Notes: generated from the letters alone by a model not told the origin. DNA of 64,000 nt from an uncultured Thermodesulfobacteriota bacterium (GCA_964621615.1 CAZUMW010000001.1:28464-92463), one strand, 5' to 3'; shown: positions 9,887 through 20,000, counted from the first letter of the stretch. Translations and numbers: made by a program.

Positions 9887-10131
9887 ATGACACGTGCGTT
9901 GCGGGTTGAATATGAAGGAGTGTTCTATCATATTCTTAATCGAGGCAACGGGGAGAAAAAGCACTCAAACAAAAGCGGGACAAGGAAATATTTCTTCAGT
10001 ATGCAGGAGATGCTGCTGACCGTTACAGCCTTAACATTCATACCTATTGCCTGATGGACAACCATTTTCATCTGGTCATAGAAACCCGAGCAGCAAACCT
10101 GAGTGCGGCAATGCAGTGGCTGAATGTGAGC
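9887..10131 (+). pseudogene. truncated, frameshifted duplicate of the IS200-like transposase 5' end
   Basis: nt 9788-10131 are ~85-90% identical to 8563-8945, including leader and MTRALRVEYEG..YHILNRGNG. A 1-nt deletion (GGGGAGAGAAAG to GGGGAGAAAAAG) shifts the frame. Homology ends abruptly at ~10131. Confidence 0.6.
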
Positions 10132-10162
10132 TGTTTAATTGAAGTTGAGTAGGTTATGAATT

Positions 10163-12190
10163 GTGAAAGTTGAGTTCATGAATAGAAACCAGGCAGAAAA
10201 TGCTTTGTATCGTATTTTTGGTCACAGAGAATTTTACGATGAGCAGTGGCAGACTATCGAAAGGCTCTTTCGCGGTGAGCGTTTGTTGATGATTGAGCGA
10301 ACCGGTTACGGGAAATCCCTTTGTTATCAATTCCCGGCAACGCAGTTTAAGTATACCACCGTTGTTTTTTCGCCGCTTATTGCATTAATGCGTGACCAGA
10401 TTGACTATCTGCAATCAAAAGATATTGCCGCAGAATGCATAAACAGCGAACAGACTCCTGAAGAAAACACCCGGATTATTGCCGAGGCAAAGCAGGGGAA
10501 GATAAAGATTCTCTATATTGCGCCTGAACGCCAGGAGAATCAGGAATGGATTGAAGCTGTTCAAAGCGGACAGATAAAAATATCAATGGCAGTTATTGAT
10601 GAAGCCCACTGTGTCTCTATGTGGGGACATGATTTTCGTCCCGCTTTTCGTCGGATCATAAGTCTTATAAAAATGCTTCCCCGCAATTTTCCTGTACTTG
10701 CCACAACCGCTACCGCAACAGATCGTGTTGCTCAAGACATTATAAAACAGATGGAAGGTCATGTTAGGCTGGTGCGCGGTGATCTCATGCGAAAGAATTT
10801 TCGTTTATCGGTTGTGACTTTTGATTCAGAAGATGCAAAATTTGCCTGGGTGGCTGAATTTCTACAAAAGCAATCTGCGGATGCAACGGGAATTATTTAT
10901 ACCGGCACCAGGGTCAATACGGAACTTTATTCCCGGTGGCTTGGGGCAAACGGTTTTTCCGTGGCAAGTTATAATGCCGGTCTTGATCCGGAATCACGTA
11001 AAGCCATAGAAGAAGGATTGCTCTTAAACAAATATAACTGTATTGTTTCTACAAATGCACTGGGCATGGGGATTGACAAATCAAATATTCGTTTTATCGT
11101 ACACACGCAGCTGCCGGCATCACTGATACATTATTATCAGGAAATCGGCCGGGCAGGCCGTGATGGACTGCCTGCACAAATAGCCTTATTATATAATCAG
11201 AAAGATAGAGAACTTCCTCGATCATTTATCGAAAAAAACCGACCTGACATTAAGCTGTACACAAGAGCTGTAGACGCATTACGCCGGGAGCCTCTGGGTG
11301 AATATGATTTAATGCGCAGAACAAACCTTACCCAGACCCAGATAAGAGTCATCAGAAGCGATCTCATTGATCAGGGTATAATAAATGAGGCTGCTTACGG
11401 GGGTAAAAAGAAATATGAATTGAAACACAATGCCCCGGCTTTAGATACCGAACCCTTCAAAAGACTCCGCGGTTTCAAAGAACAGGAGCTTCAAAAAATG
11501 ATCGACTATGCAGAAGCTGAAAAGGGCGGTATGAATATTTTGTGTGAGTATCTTGGTGATAATCCGGGTGCGGCAACTGACGGCTGTGAACGTTATACTT
11601 ATGCATTAAGTGAATCCTGGAGGAAAGCTATAGCTGCATTTCGAGACGATTATTTTCCGGAGTTGCCGGTCGAGACGAAAAACAGCATTCTTATTAATGG
11701 TGTTGCCGCTTCATATTATGGTGTTTCTAATGTTGGATCGGTAATACATCGTTGTAAATATGAAAATGGTGGTGATTACCCCGGGCATTTAATAAAGCAG
11801 ACGCTAAGGGCCTATAGGGCTCGACTGAGCCAAACCGCATTTGATTTAGTTCTATATGTGCCGCCGGCGGTATCCGGTGATTTGGTTAAGAATTTTTCTG
11901 TTGCTGTAGCTAAGTCATTGGGGCTGCATTTGTCACATGGTCTTGTTAAATTAAGAGAGACTAAACAGCAGAAAATTTTTCAAAACGGCGTTTTGAAACG
12001 TGATAATGTAAAAGATGCCTTTGATTATGCCGGTCCGGAAGATATTGAGGGGAAAAGTATTTTATTAATTGATGATATTTTTGACAGCGGAGCAACAATA
12101 AAAGAGATAGGACGAATGTTAAAGAAAAAAGGAACTGCAAAAGCCGCTCCGTTGGCAATTGCCAGGACGGTTGGGGGTGATTTGTCGTGA
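10163..12190 (+). CDS. RecQ-family DNA helicase fused to a C-terminal ComF/ComFC-type phosphoribosyltransferase (PRTase) domain
   Basis: Walker A TGYGKS. DEAH box VIDEAHCVSMWGHDFRPAF. RecQ motif YYQEIGRAGRDG. No RQC/HRDC. The last ~190 aa carry the ComF signature (LRETKQQKIFQNGVLKRDNVKDAF; PRPP-binding SILLIDDIFDSGATIKE...LAIAR). GTG at 10163 or ATG at 10178. Low GC. Confidence 0.8.
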   Translation: MKVEFMNRNQAENALYRIFGHREFYDEQWQTIERLFRGERLLMIERTGYGKSLCYQFPATQFKYTTVVFSPLIALMRDQIDYLQSKDIAAECINSEQTPEENTRIIAEAKQGKIKILYIAPERQENQEWIEAVQSGQIKISMAVIDEAHCVSMWGHDFRPAFRRIISLIKMLPRNFPVLATTATATDRVAQDIIKQMEGHVRLVRGDLMRKNFRLSVVTFDSEDAKFAWVAEFLQKQSADATGIIYTGTRVNTELYSRWLGANGFSVASYNAGLDPESRKAIEEGLLLNKYNCIVSTNALGMGIDKSNIRFIVHTQLPASLIHYYQEIGRAGRDGLPAQIALLYNQKDRELPRSFIEKNRPDIKLYTRAVDALRREPLGEYDLMRRTNLTQTQIRVIRSDLIDQGIINEAAYGGKKKYELKHNAPALDTEPFKRLRGFKEQELQKMIDYAEAEKGGMNILCEYLGDNPGAATDGCERYTYALSESWRKAIAAFRDDYFPELPVETKNSILINGVAASYYGVSNVGSVIHRCKYENGGDYPGHLIKQTLRAYRARLSQTAFDLVLYVPPAVSGDLVKNFSVAVAKSLGLHLSHGLVKLRETKQQKIFQNGVLKRDNVKDAFDYAGPEDIEGKSILLIDDIFDSGATIKEIGRMLKKKGTAKAAPLAIARTVGGDLS

Positions 12191-13362
12191 TTAATACGCA
12201 CGAGTACTCATATTGGATTGCATTGAGTCATTTACCGAAATGGCGTATCGAGCGTATCAATATGCTTATTGTTGAGATCCTTCATAATAAAAATATGCAG
12301 CTCGCAGAGTTTTTTGAGCTGAGTCCGCCATCCCGGGAAAAAGAGTTTCATTTGGATCATAAGGAAAGTGCAGATATACAAAAGGCCGGGGAATATTTGT
12401 CCAATTACTCTTTCCTTGCTGAACAATTGCTTGTACAAGGCTTTGATATAATTCCTATCAGCTCCCCTGACTATTCTCCAGTGCTGAAAAACAATCTTAA
12501 ACTCAAATATTCTCCGCCCCTGCTTTATGTCAAGGGGAACAGGCGGCTGCTTTACGAGCCATCAGCCGCAATAGTCGGCTGTCGAAAAGCATCTGACATT
12601 TCTTTGCACTTTACCCGTACGATTGCTGAGAAATGTGCCCATGAAGAAAAAGTAGTGGTGAGCGGATTTGCCAAAGGTATTGACCGGCAGGCGCTTGATT
12701 CGGTCCTTGCATATCATGGCAAAAGTATTATTGTTCTGCCGCAGGGGATTATGACATTTGGCAGTGGTATAAAAAAATATTATAAGCAGCTTGTTGACGG
12801 AGATGTGCTGGTTTTAAGCACTTTTTATCCGAAAGCCCCATGGAGCGTAGGCCTTGCTATGGCGCGAAATGTATATATTTACGGTTTAGCCGAAGAAATA
12901 TTTGTGGCCGAATCGGATAATAAAGGGGGCACGTGGTCCGGTGTTCTCGATGGGTTAAAAAAGGGGCGGACAATATTTGTTCGCAAGGCGGACATACAGG
13001 AAAAGAATACAAACAATATTTTGATAGAAAAGGGAGCCCGGGGAGTAGACTTGCAGGGAAATATAATTTCTTTAGAAAAAGAAGGTATGCACCAGCATAT
13101 CATTGCAGACAATGTTGCCGCCTACGGTCTGCAAGCAGAGAATAGTGATTCATTTGAAAGTAAAGTTATACAGTATTTAAATAAGACGAAAGAGCCAAGA
13201 ACCTCCAGGCAGATTAAGGAAGCCATTAACGTAGAGGAACCTGCACAAAAGATAACGCAGAAATTAAAAAAAATAACCGGTATCAATTATACCAAACATA
13301 AAAACAAAATCTTTTTTTTCACTGAACGAACAAATCCATTAAAACAGCAGGAGCTGTTCTGA
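12187..13362 (+). CDS. dprA: DprA/Smf-family DNA-processing protein (SLOG/Rossmann fold) with C-terminal winged-helix-like extension
   Basis: The GTG start overlaps the upstream TGA (GTGA), indicating translational coupling. DprA core PLLYVKGNRRLL...AIVGCRKAS...VVVSGFAKGIDRQA...IIVLPQGI...VYIYGLAEEIFVAESDNKGGTWSG. Low GC. Confidence 0.75.
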   Translation: MINTHEYSYWIALSHLPKWRIERINMLIVEILHNKNMQLAEFFELSPPSREKEFHLDHKESADIQKAGEYLSNYSFLAEQLLVQGFDIIPISSPDYSPVLKNNLKLKYSPPLLYVKGNRRLLYEPSAAIVGCRKASDISLHFTRTIAEKCAHEEKVVVSGFAKGIDRQALDSVLAYHGKSIIVLPQGIMTFGSGIKKYYKQLVDGDVLVLSTFYPKAPWSVGLAMARNVYIYGLAEEIFVAESDNKGGTWSGVLDGLKKGRTIFVRKADIQEKNTNNILIEKGARGVDLQGNIISLEKEGMHQHIIADNVAAYGLQAENSDSFESKVIQYLNKTKEPRTSRQIKEAINVEEPAQKITQKLKKITGINYTKHKNKIFFFTERTNPLKQQELF

Positions 13363-13414
13363 TAGTGATATTTGGCAGCACGCGGGCGGTGGCACATCTT
13401 AAATAAAAAAATTT

Positions 13415-13681
13415 ATGGATGCACTTATTCGTTTTGCAACGTCTGTTTTGTATGTTTTGGCCGGCTGGGGGACAAAGCAATTTTTCAGTGGGAATATAGA
13501 TAAGTATAAAATTCTATATATAGCAGTGCCGATATTATTGGCAATATATTTTTTGGCTATAGAAAAAATGTATGAGATACAAAAGCAAAACAGAAAGATA
13601 ATTGCCAAATCCAGGAATGCCGTGATTCAATTTTTGGCATTAGCAACAATATTTTATTTTTTTGGTCTAATATTTGTGTAA
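13415..13681 (+). CDS. small hypothetical membrane protein (88 aa, 3 TM-like segments)
   Basis: AT-rich ORF at the island edge. No family recognised. Weak RBS. Confidence 0.3.
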   Translation: MDALIRFATSVLYVLAGWGTKQFFSGNIDKYKILYIAVPILLAIYFLAIEKMYEIQKQNRKIIAKSRNAVIQFLALATIFYFFGLIFV

Positions 13682-13684
13682 ATA

Positions 13685-13786
13685 AGCCCGGCAGACGTGG
13701 CGGCCAATTACTTTCTGCAGGGCGGGGATCGGTATTTATTCACCTGAGGACAGCATCCTTTGTGTGCATGAATACGGCTTTTTTTA
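13685..13786 (+). repeat. copy 2 of ~105-nt intergenic repeat family with 3' hairpin + T-run
   Basis: First ~70 nt identical to copy 3 and ~90% to copy 1. Ends GCATGAATACGGCTTTTTTT. Confidence 0.65.
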
Positions 13787-13884
13787 TGAGATGAGCACAG
13801 GGGGGCAAAAAACCGTTATTTAACCTGTGTGTCCTTGTGGTTTTATAAAATGGACGGCGGTTACATGAGTCCCCGGAGCAGTAT

Positions 13885-15057
13885 ATGGATTATGGAAACG
13901 AATTTATAGCAAAAGCAAAGCGCCTTATTTTAGTCACTATTTGTACTGTGCTTGCAGGGATCGGTCTGGTTCTGTACGGGTCCTGGTTCGGCAACCAGCT
14001 GCTGGGCATCCGCGCGCTTTGTACAGACACTGCCGGCAATGTTTATATCATAGCAAATTATACGCTCTATAAGCTGAACCGGTCGGGTGAAATACTGCTG
14101 CAATTCGGCGGAAAGGGCAGCGGGCCGGGCCGGTTTGGACAGGGGATCCCGCTTGATATGTGGGTTGATGAAAAGGGCACTATGTATGTTGCAGACATTC
14201 TTAACTATCGCATTCAAAAATTTGGTTCAAACGGTTTGTTTATCGCCCAATTCGGAAAGGCGGGAACAGAGCCGGGCGCCCTTGGAGATGCTTTTGAGCT
14301 GGCGACGGACAGTGAGGGCTGTCTCTACACGGCTGAGAGCACAAACAACCGAATCCAGAAATTCAGCCCCAGCGGAGAGCTGCTGTGGCATATAGGGAGC
14401 AGTCAGTCCCGTGATTTTAACGCCCCGCATGACCCTTTTGTTGGGCCGGACGGCACTGTGTATATCTGCGACTTTCGAAAGCAGCGAATCCAGAGCTTTT
14501 CCGGCGACGGCGCCTTCATTGCAGAGTATCCCACACGCCCGCCTTCAGATAACAGCACGCTCGGCAGCCAGAAAGATAAAATCAGCGCGTTTTTGTATAT
14601 GCTGCGCTTTCCGCAGCGCATAACCCGGGACAGCAGCGGCAATTTTTATGTGCTCAATTATAATTCAGGCCTGAGTATAGGTGCAATAAACAAATATGAT
14701 TCCGGCTTTAATCTGATCGATATTTTCGATTTATCCGATAAGGGAATACCGTTTATCACGTATCCGGCTGAAATAGCCTGCACCGCCGATGACACCATAC
14801 TGCTTATTATGCATGGCAGCATGAGCATAGAGCAGATAGCAGCAGACGGCACCAGTCTCGGTTCTTTCGGCACCGAGCAGCTTATAGCCGAACTTGATCT
14901 GCTTGGCAAACGAAAGGACCGTTTTCAGCAATTACAGCTGGCAGGAAAGCTGCTGGCGCTCATCGGGCTTGTCATGTCGCTTTTTATTTACCGGCGGTAT
15001 AAAAAAGTGCGTGATAAGGATCGAATCGCCGGCTCTCTGGTTACAAGAATCGATTAG
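13885..15057 (+). CDS. NHL-repeat (six-bladed beta-propeller) protein with N- and C-terminal TM anchors
   Basis: Repeated NYRIQKF / NNRIQKF / KQRIQSF NHL motifs. Hydrophobic N-terminal and C-terminal segments. Confidence 0.7.
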   Translation: MDYGNEFIAKAKRLILVTICTVLAGIGLVLYGSWFGNQLLGIRALCTDTAGNVYIIANYTLYKLNRSGEILLQFGGKGSGPGRFGQGIPLDMWVDEKGTMYVADILNYRIQKFGSNGLFIAQFGKAGTEPGALGDAFELATDSEGCLYTAESTNNRIQKFSPSGELLWHIGSSQSRDFNAPHDPFVGPDGTVYICDFRKQRIQSFSGDGAFIAEYPTRPPSDNSTLGSQKDKISAFLYMLRFPQRITRDSSGNFYVLNYNSGLSIGAINKYDSGFNLIDIFDLSDKGIPFITYPAEIACTADDTILLIMHGSMSIEQIAADGTSLGSFGTEQLIAELDLLGKRKDRFQQLQLAGKLLALIGLVMSLFIYRRYKKVRDKDRIAGSLVTRID

Positions 15058-15069
15058 CTGCGAGAATCC

Positions 15070-15939
15070 ATGAATACCGTTAAAGCGTTTTTTGCCGTAA
15101 ACAGATCTCCGCTCATACAATATATGGCAAGGCGCAGGAGCAACAAAATCCTGAAGCGGCTTGCCCCGCATGTGAAGCGCCTTATGGCCCCGGATGAAGA
15201 GCCGCAGGCCCATTGCCTGCTTGTCCGGTTTGCCTATGATCTGATGTGGGTCGATATGCTGAACCCGCTTTTTGCGATGCTGGCACATATCATCAGAAGC
15301 TGTACGATTGAAAAAAAGCTGGTTCTCGCAACAGATAAAAGGCTGCTGATTTTTAAGCTGACCGTGCGAAGCCGCTATGCCCGGGAGGCATATGAGATTT
15401 TATATTCCTCAATTAAAACGGTTACTCTGTGGGCGCCGGTGCTTTTGCCCTCACAAAAGCTCAGCCTGAAACTGAAGGATAACACCGGCTATGTTCTTGA
15501 AACGGTCAAGCAGTATCCGCTCGACCGCATTTATGCTGCGGTTAGCAAGCGGATTGAAAGCGCCACGGCAGACGAGCCGCAGTATAATGCTGCGTATCAC
15601 CGGCGGTGCGCGGCCTGCGGTGCAGTTTATAATCGATCAGACGCCGCCTGTCCGCTGTGCGGGTTTAAAAACCGCAGTCCGGCAATTGCCGGGATACTGT
15701 CGTTTGTCATTCCCGGCCTGGGGCAGCTCTATCTTGGCCGTGCGGTTCTTGGAGCAGTTTTTATGGCCTATCATGTTTTAATTTTTTGCTTTGTGTACGT
15801 GTATGTTATCCAGTGGATCGGCCGGTGGCATGAAATAGCTTACCTGGTTTTAATTCAGATGGTGATACATATGATTAACAGCGCAGTAAATGCATGCATA
15901 CATACCCATGAATCAAACGTACTGGGAGGCGCACGATGA
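15070..15939 (+). CDS. hypothetical protein with zinc-ribbon (CAACGAVYNRSDAACPLCG) and C-terminal TM2-like membrane domain
   Basis: CxxC...CxxC pair. FVIPGLGQLYLGRAVLGAVFM resembles the TM2 domain motif. Confidence 0.45.
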   Translation: MNTVKAFFAVNRSPLIQYMARRRSNKILKRLAPHVKRLMAPDEEPQAHCLLVRFAYDLMWVDMLNPLFAMLAHIIRSCTIEKKLVLATDKRLLIFKLTVRSRYAREAYEILYSSIKTVTLWAPVLLPSQKLSLKLKDNTGYVLETVKQYPLDRIYAAVSKRIESATADEPQYNAAYHRRCAACGAVYNRSDAACPLCGFKNRSPAIAGILSFVIPGLGQLYLGRAVLGAVFMAYHVLIFCFVYVYVIQWIGRWHEIAYLVLIQMVIHMINSAVNACIHTHESNVLGGAR

Positions 15940-16886
15940 AATTAAAATACTCTATAATGCTTGCTCTCGTTCTTGTTGCTAACAGCTGCAGCCGGACTTC
16001 GCCGGAAGCGGTGTTTGAGTCAATGACGGCAGCAGAAAAAAAGGCCGGCGTCTGCATGGTGGAGCTTCTGTCTAACCATCAGTTTAAGCTGATTGAGCAA
16101 TGCATACGACGTGCTGTGGCGGCGTATGAAAAAGATTGTCAAAAGGAGCGACAGCTGGGGCTTTTGTGGGAAGCATTTCAAAGAAAGGATCCTTTCCTTG
16201 AGCCTCATTTTAATGCATATGTTGCCGCTTTTCCGGATTCCTATGTCGCGCATATGGCGCGGGGAGTATATTATATCGGCATAGCCTGGTTCAAACGGGG
16301 ATCGGCGCCGATAAGCCGGACCTCACAAAAGCAGCTCGAAGGGCTGAAAAAGTATCTTCGCCGTGCCGAGCAGGACCTGCTCAAAGTAAAACAGATGCAG
16401 CCCGGCCTGCCGCATGTGTATGCAGAATTGATAATTATCAAGATGCCCCGGGTAAAGAACAAAGAGCGCATAAAAGAAATAGCGCAAGAGGGGCTCAGGC
16501 ACAGCCCGGTCAGCGTTTCCATACGGCTCAGCTATTTAACGTCGCTGCTGCCGCGCTGGAACGGCTCGATTGAGGAGATGGAGGCGGTTGTCAAAAAAAC
16601 AAAAAAACATATTAAAGACAATCCGGCACTCAGTGTTGTGTGCGGGCGGGTTCTTGCTGAAAAAGGCGATACATATTTCTTTAATCGCGAATACAGCAAA
16701 GCCATTCAATTTTATAATGAGGCGCTTAAGCACGGCGAAACCGCGTTTGTCCTGTGCCAGAAATCGCGGGCCCTTCTGTTTAATGGCGAAAGGGAGGGGG
16801 CGTTAACATGTATTGAGCGGGCGATTGAGCTGCGGCCCTCCTATCAGCAGCTTCATGAGATGAAGATGGGCCTGACATCATCATAA
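15936..16886 (+). CDS. TPR/Sel1-like repeat lipoprotein
   Basis: Lipoprotein signal with lipobox LVANSC. TPR-like helical repeats near the C-terminus. The start overlaps the upstream stop (ATGA). Confidence 0.55.
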   Translation: MKLKYSIMLALVLVANSCSRTSPEAVFESMTAAEKKAGVCMVELLSNHQFKLIEQCIRRAVAAYEKDCQKERQLGLLWEAFQRKDPFLEPHFNAYVAAFPDSYVAHMARGVYYIGIAWFKRGSAPISRTSQKQLEGLKKYLRRAEQDLLKVKQMQPGLPHVYAELIIIKMPRVKNKERIKEIAQEGLRHSPVSVSIRLSYLTSLLPRWNGSIEEMEAVVKKTKKHIKDNPALSVVCGRVLAEKGDTYFFNREYSKAIQFYNEALKHGETAFVLCQKSRALLFNGEREGALTCIERAIELRPSYQQLHEMKMGLTSS

Positions 16887-16929
16887 CCGGCAGGATTTCA
16901 GAATAATGTAAAAAAATCATTGAATAATA

Positions 16930-17027
16930 AGCCCGGCAGACGTGGCGGCCAATTACTTTCTGCAGGGCGGGGATCGGTATTTATTCACCTGAGGACACAC
17001 TCCTGTGTGTGAAGGAGACGGCTTTTT
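16930..17027 (+). repeat. copy 3 of ~105-nt intergenic repeat family
   Basis: Identical 5' module to copy 2. 3' GGAGACGGCTTTTTTT. Confidence 0.6.
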
Positions 17028-17069
17028 TTGTGCCTGTAATCAAAATTTAATTTATAGGAGCAGGAAGAT

Positions 17070-20000
17070 ATGAAGCAGTTAATAAAGACGTGGTACGGTG
17101 TTTGGGGAGCGGTTATTATCTCTACAGTTCTGTTCACGGTGCAGGCACAGGCTCATGAGGCTGCCGTAGAAAGCGGGCTTCAGTGGCTTATAGACAGTCA
17201 GCATCCGGATAACGGCAGCTGGGGCACACTGCCGGAGCTTGATACCCCGGTTGTGCTCTCAGCCTTTCAAAAGCTCGGCGAAACGGGATATGCCTATGAC
17301 GAGGGCCTTTCCTTTCTGGAACAGACGCGGCCGGAGTGCATTGATTTTTTAAGCCGCAAAACGATCGCTTTGAGCGCTGCCGGGCGTGATGTTTCAGAAA
17401 GCCTTGAAAAAATTCTGGCGGCCCAGAATGAAGACGGCGGGTTTGGGTTTGCCCTGGGGTATTGCAGCTCTGTTATCGATTCCCTGATCGCAGCCCGCGC
17501 GCTGTCTGCTGCCGGAGTTGAGCAGCATGAAGTTATCGGCAGACTGGTATATTACATTACCGAATCGCAGAGCCAGGACAACGGCAGCTTTTCCTATGCC
17601 GCAGGCGGCCCGGAAAGCCTTGCAGTGACCTGCTGTGCAGCAATCGTGCTGAGTGACTTTTCACCCCGGTATGATGTTTCAGAACACCTGCGCAGTGCCC
17701 TTCATTTTATTTCAGGCTGTAAAAACCCTGACGGCGGGTACGGTGAGTCCGGAAGCACGGTGATCGAAACCGCGCTTGCGGTTCGGGCTCTGACTGCGGC
17801 AGGCGGCAGTGCACAGGACATTCTTTCCGGGCGGCGGTATCTGACTGCAATGCAGAATCAAAGCAGCGGAGCCTGGAATGATGCGGTTTATGAGACAGCA
17901 CTTGCCCTGCGGGCGCTTAATAATACCGATACAGTTGACCGGGCAAACCTGCAGGTACACCCCGAGGGAATCACCATGGAACCGCAGTACCCGGCCCAGG
18001 GGCAGACGGTGACCGTAACCGGTGAGGTGCGAAACACCGGCTCATCAGCTGCAGAGAATGTAGGGGTTTCTTTCTATCTCGGCGATCCGGAAAACGGCGG
18101 GGTTCATATAGACAGTGCTACCGTTTCAACCATTCTTGCCGGCGACAGCGAAGAGGTTCAGATTACGTTCACCCTTACCGGGGTAGTCGGCGAGCGGGAT
18201 ATGTATGTTGTCGCCGATCCGGATAACAGTATTCCCGAGATAAGCGAACATGATAATACAGCATCAAAAGGGTTTGTTAGCGGTACCATGCCTGATATTG
18301 CGGTGGTTGAGATTACACGGGATGTCGACACCCCTGCGGAAAACGAGCCGTTTACCATAAGCGCCGGGGTGCTCAACCTTGGTGAAAGCGATGCCGGGCC
18401 GGTTACGGTGTTTCTTTATGACGGCGATCCCGGGCAGGAGGATCCGCTGCTTAAGATCAGGCTTGACAACGTGTGCGGCGGCTGCAGCGGACAGGCTGAT
18501 TTTACGCTGCAGCTTTCAGCGGGTACACACACTCTGTATATTACCGCCTATCCGGATGATCCGAACGTAGAGGAGCAATCGCTTTCAAATAACCGGAGAT
18601 CATATACCGCTAATATTGATGGAGCCGTAATCCAGGGTATCGATCTTGCCGTCAGCCCGGCTGACATAGATTTTTCACCGCCCTATCCGCGCGACAACGA
18701 AACCGTAACCATTACCGCAACAGTGCGAAATAGCGGCAGTGAAACGGTAACCGATGCTTCTGTGGAACTGTTCCGTGCAGGTTCAGACGGAACCGGTGTA
18801 CTTATCGGGGAGCCATTTAGGGGCGTTACCGTCCCCGGAGCCGGTGCTGCCGACATTGTTATGCATGATGTGTCATTTGAAGCTGGACTTTTTGATATAT
18901 ATGTGAAGACTGACCCAGACAATACCTATGAGGAACACAGCGAGAATAACAATATAGCCGCAAAACAGCTGAGAGTATTAAGCTCAGCGGATGAGCTTGA
19001 TCTTTCAGTTGGCGAAATGTCATTTGACACTGCAACGCCGTTAGCAGGCGATCCGGTCCGGGTGAGCTGCCGGATAACCAATAACAGCACGGTTCCGCTT
19101 GAAGGGGTGAGCTTCGGCATATACGCAGGAGATCCCCGCTCGGGCGGTGCGCTTCTGATCCCCGAAGTACAGACGGTTTCAGCGCTCGGGATCCAAAGCA
19201 GTATATATATCGAAGGGACCATCGATACGGCCGGACGCGGCGGAGAGCAGCACATCTATATTATGGCGGATGTTGATAATGATATAGCCGAGCGCAACGA
19301 AGAAAACAATCTCGCATCCGCAGCGCTTGTGGTAACCGGTGAATCTGCTCCCGATCTAATCGCAACGGATGCAGATATTATAGTGGAGCCTGCAGACCCG
19401 GCTGTCGGTGACAACATGACCGTCACCTGCCGGATTACAAACGCAGGTTCTGTCGCCGTTTCAGATGATTTTCAGGTCAATGTTTACGACGGCCCGCCAT
19501 CGGAAGACAACCCGCCATTTGCCGGGCTGCCGGTAACCGGCGGTATGCCGGCAAACGGATACTATCTTGACATAACCCTGCCGATTCCTGCAGCACAGCT
19601 TGCCGGAACGCATACCATATATGTGGTGGCAGATGACGGCAATGCCGTCAGTGAGTTTAATGAATATAACAACACCGCAACAAAAGAGGTTACTGTTCAG
19701 GCAGCTGACCTGAGCATTGGTTCTGAGGATATCTCTTTCAGCCTGCCGGCCCCCATGGAAAACGAACTGTTTACCCTTACCGCTGTTGTGCACAATATCG
19801 GAATGCTCAATGTGGAGAGCATGCGGATCGCTGTATATACCGGCGACAACGACACAGCAAATCTCATCGGCGAACAACAGGCAGGGCCGATCGGTGCAGG
19901 AGAAAGCGTGAGTGTTGAAGTGGAAAATCTCGCATTTGATGCTGCCGGCTCCTATAATCTGCAGGTGAAACTCGACCCCGACAACCTGATTGCTGAGGCA

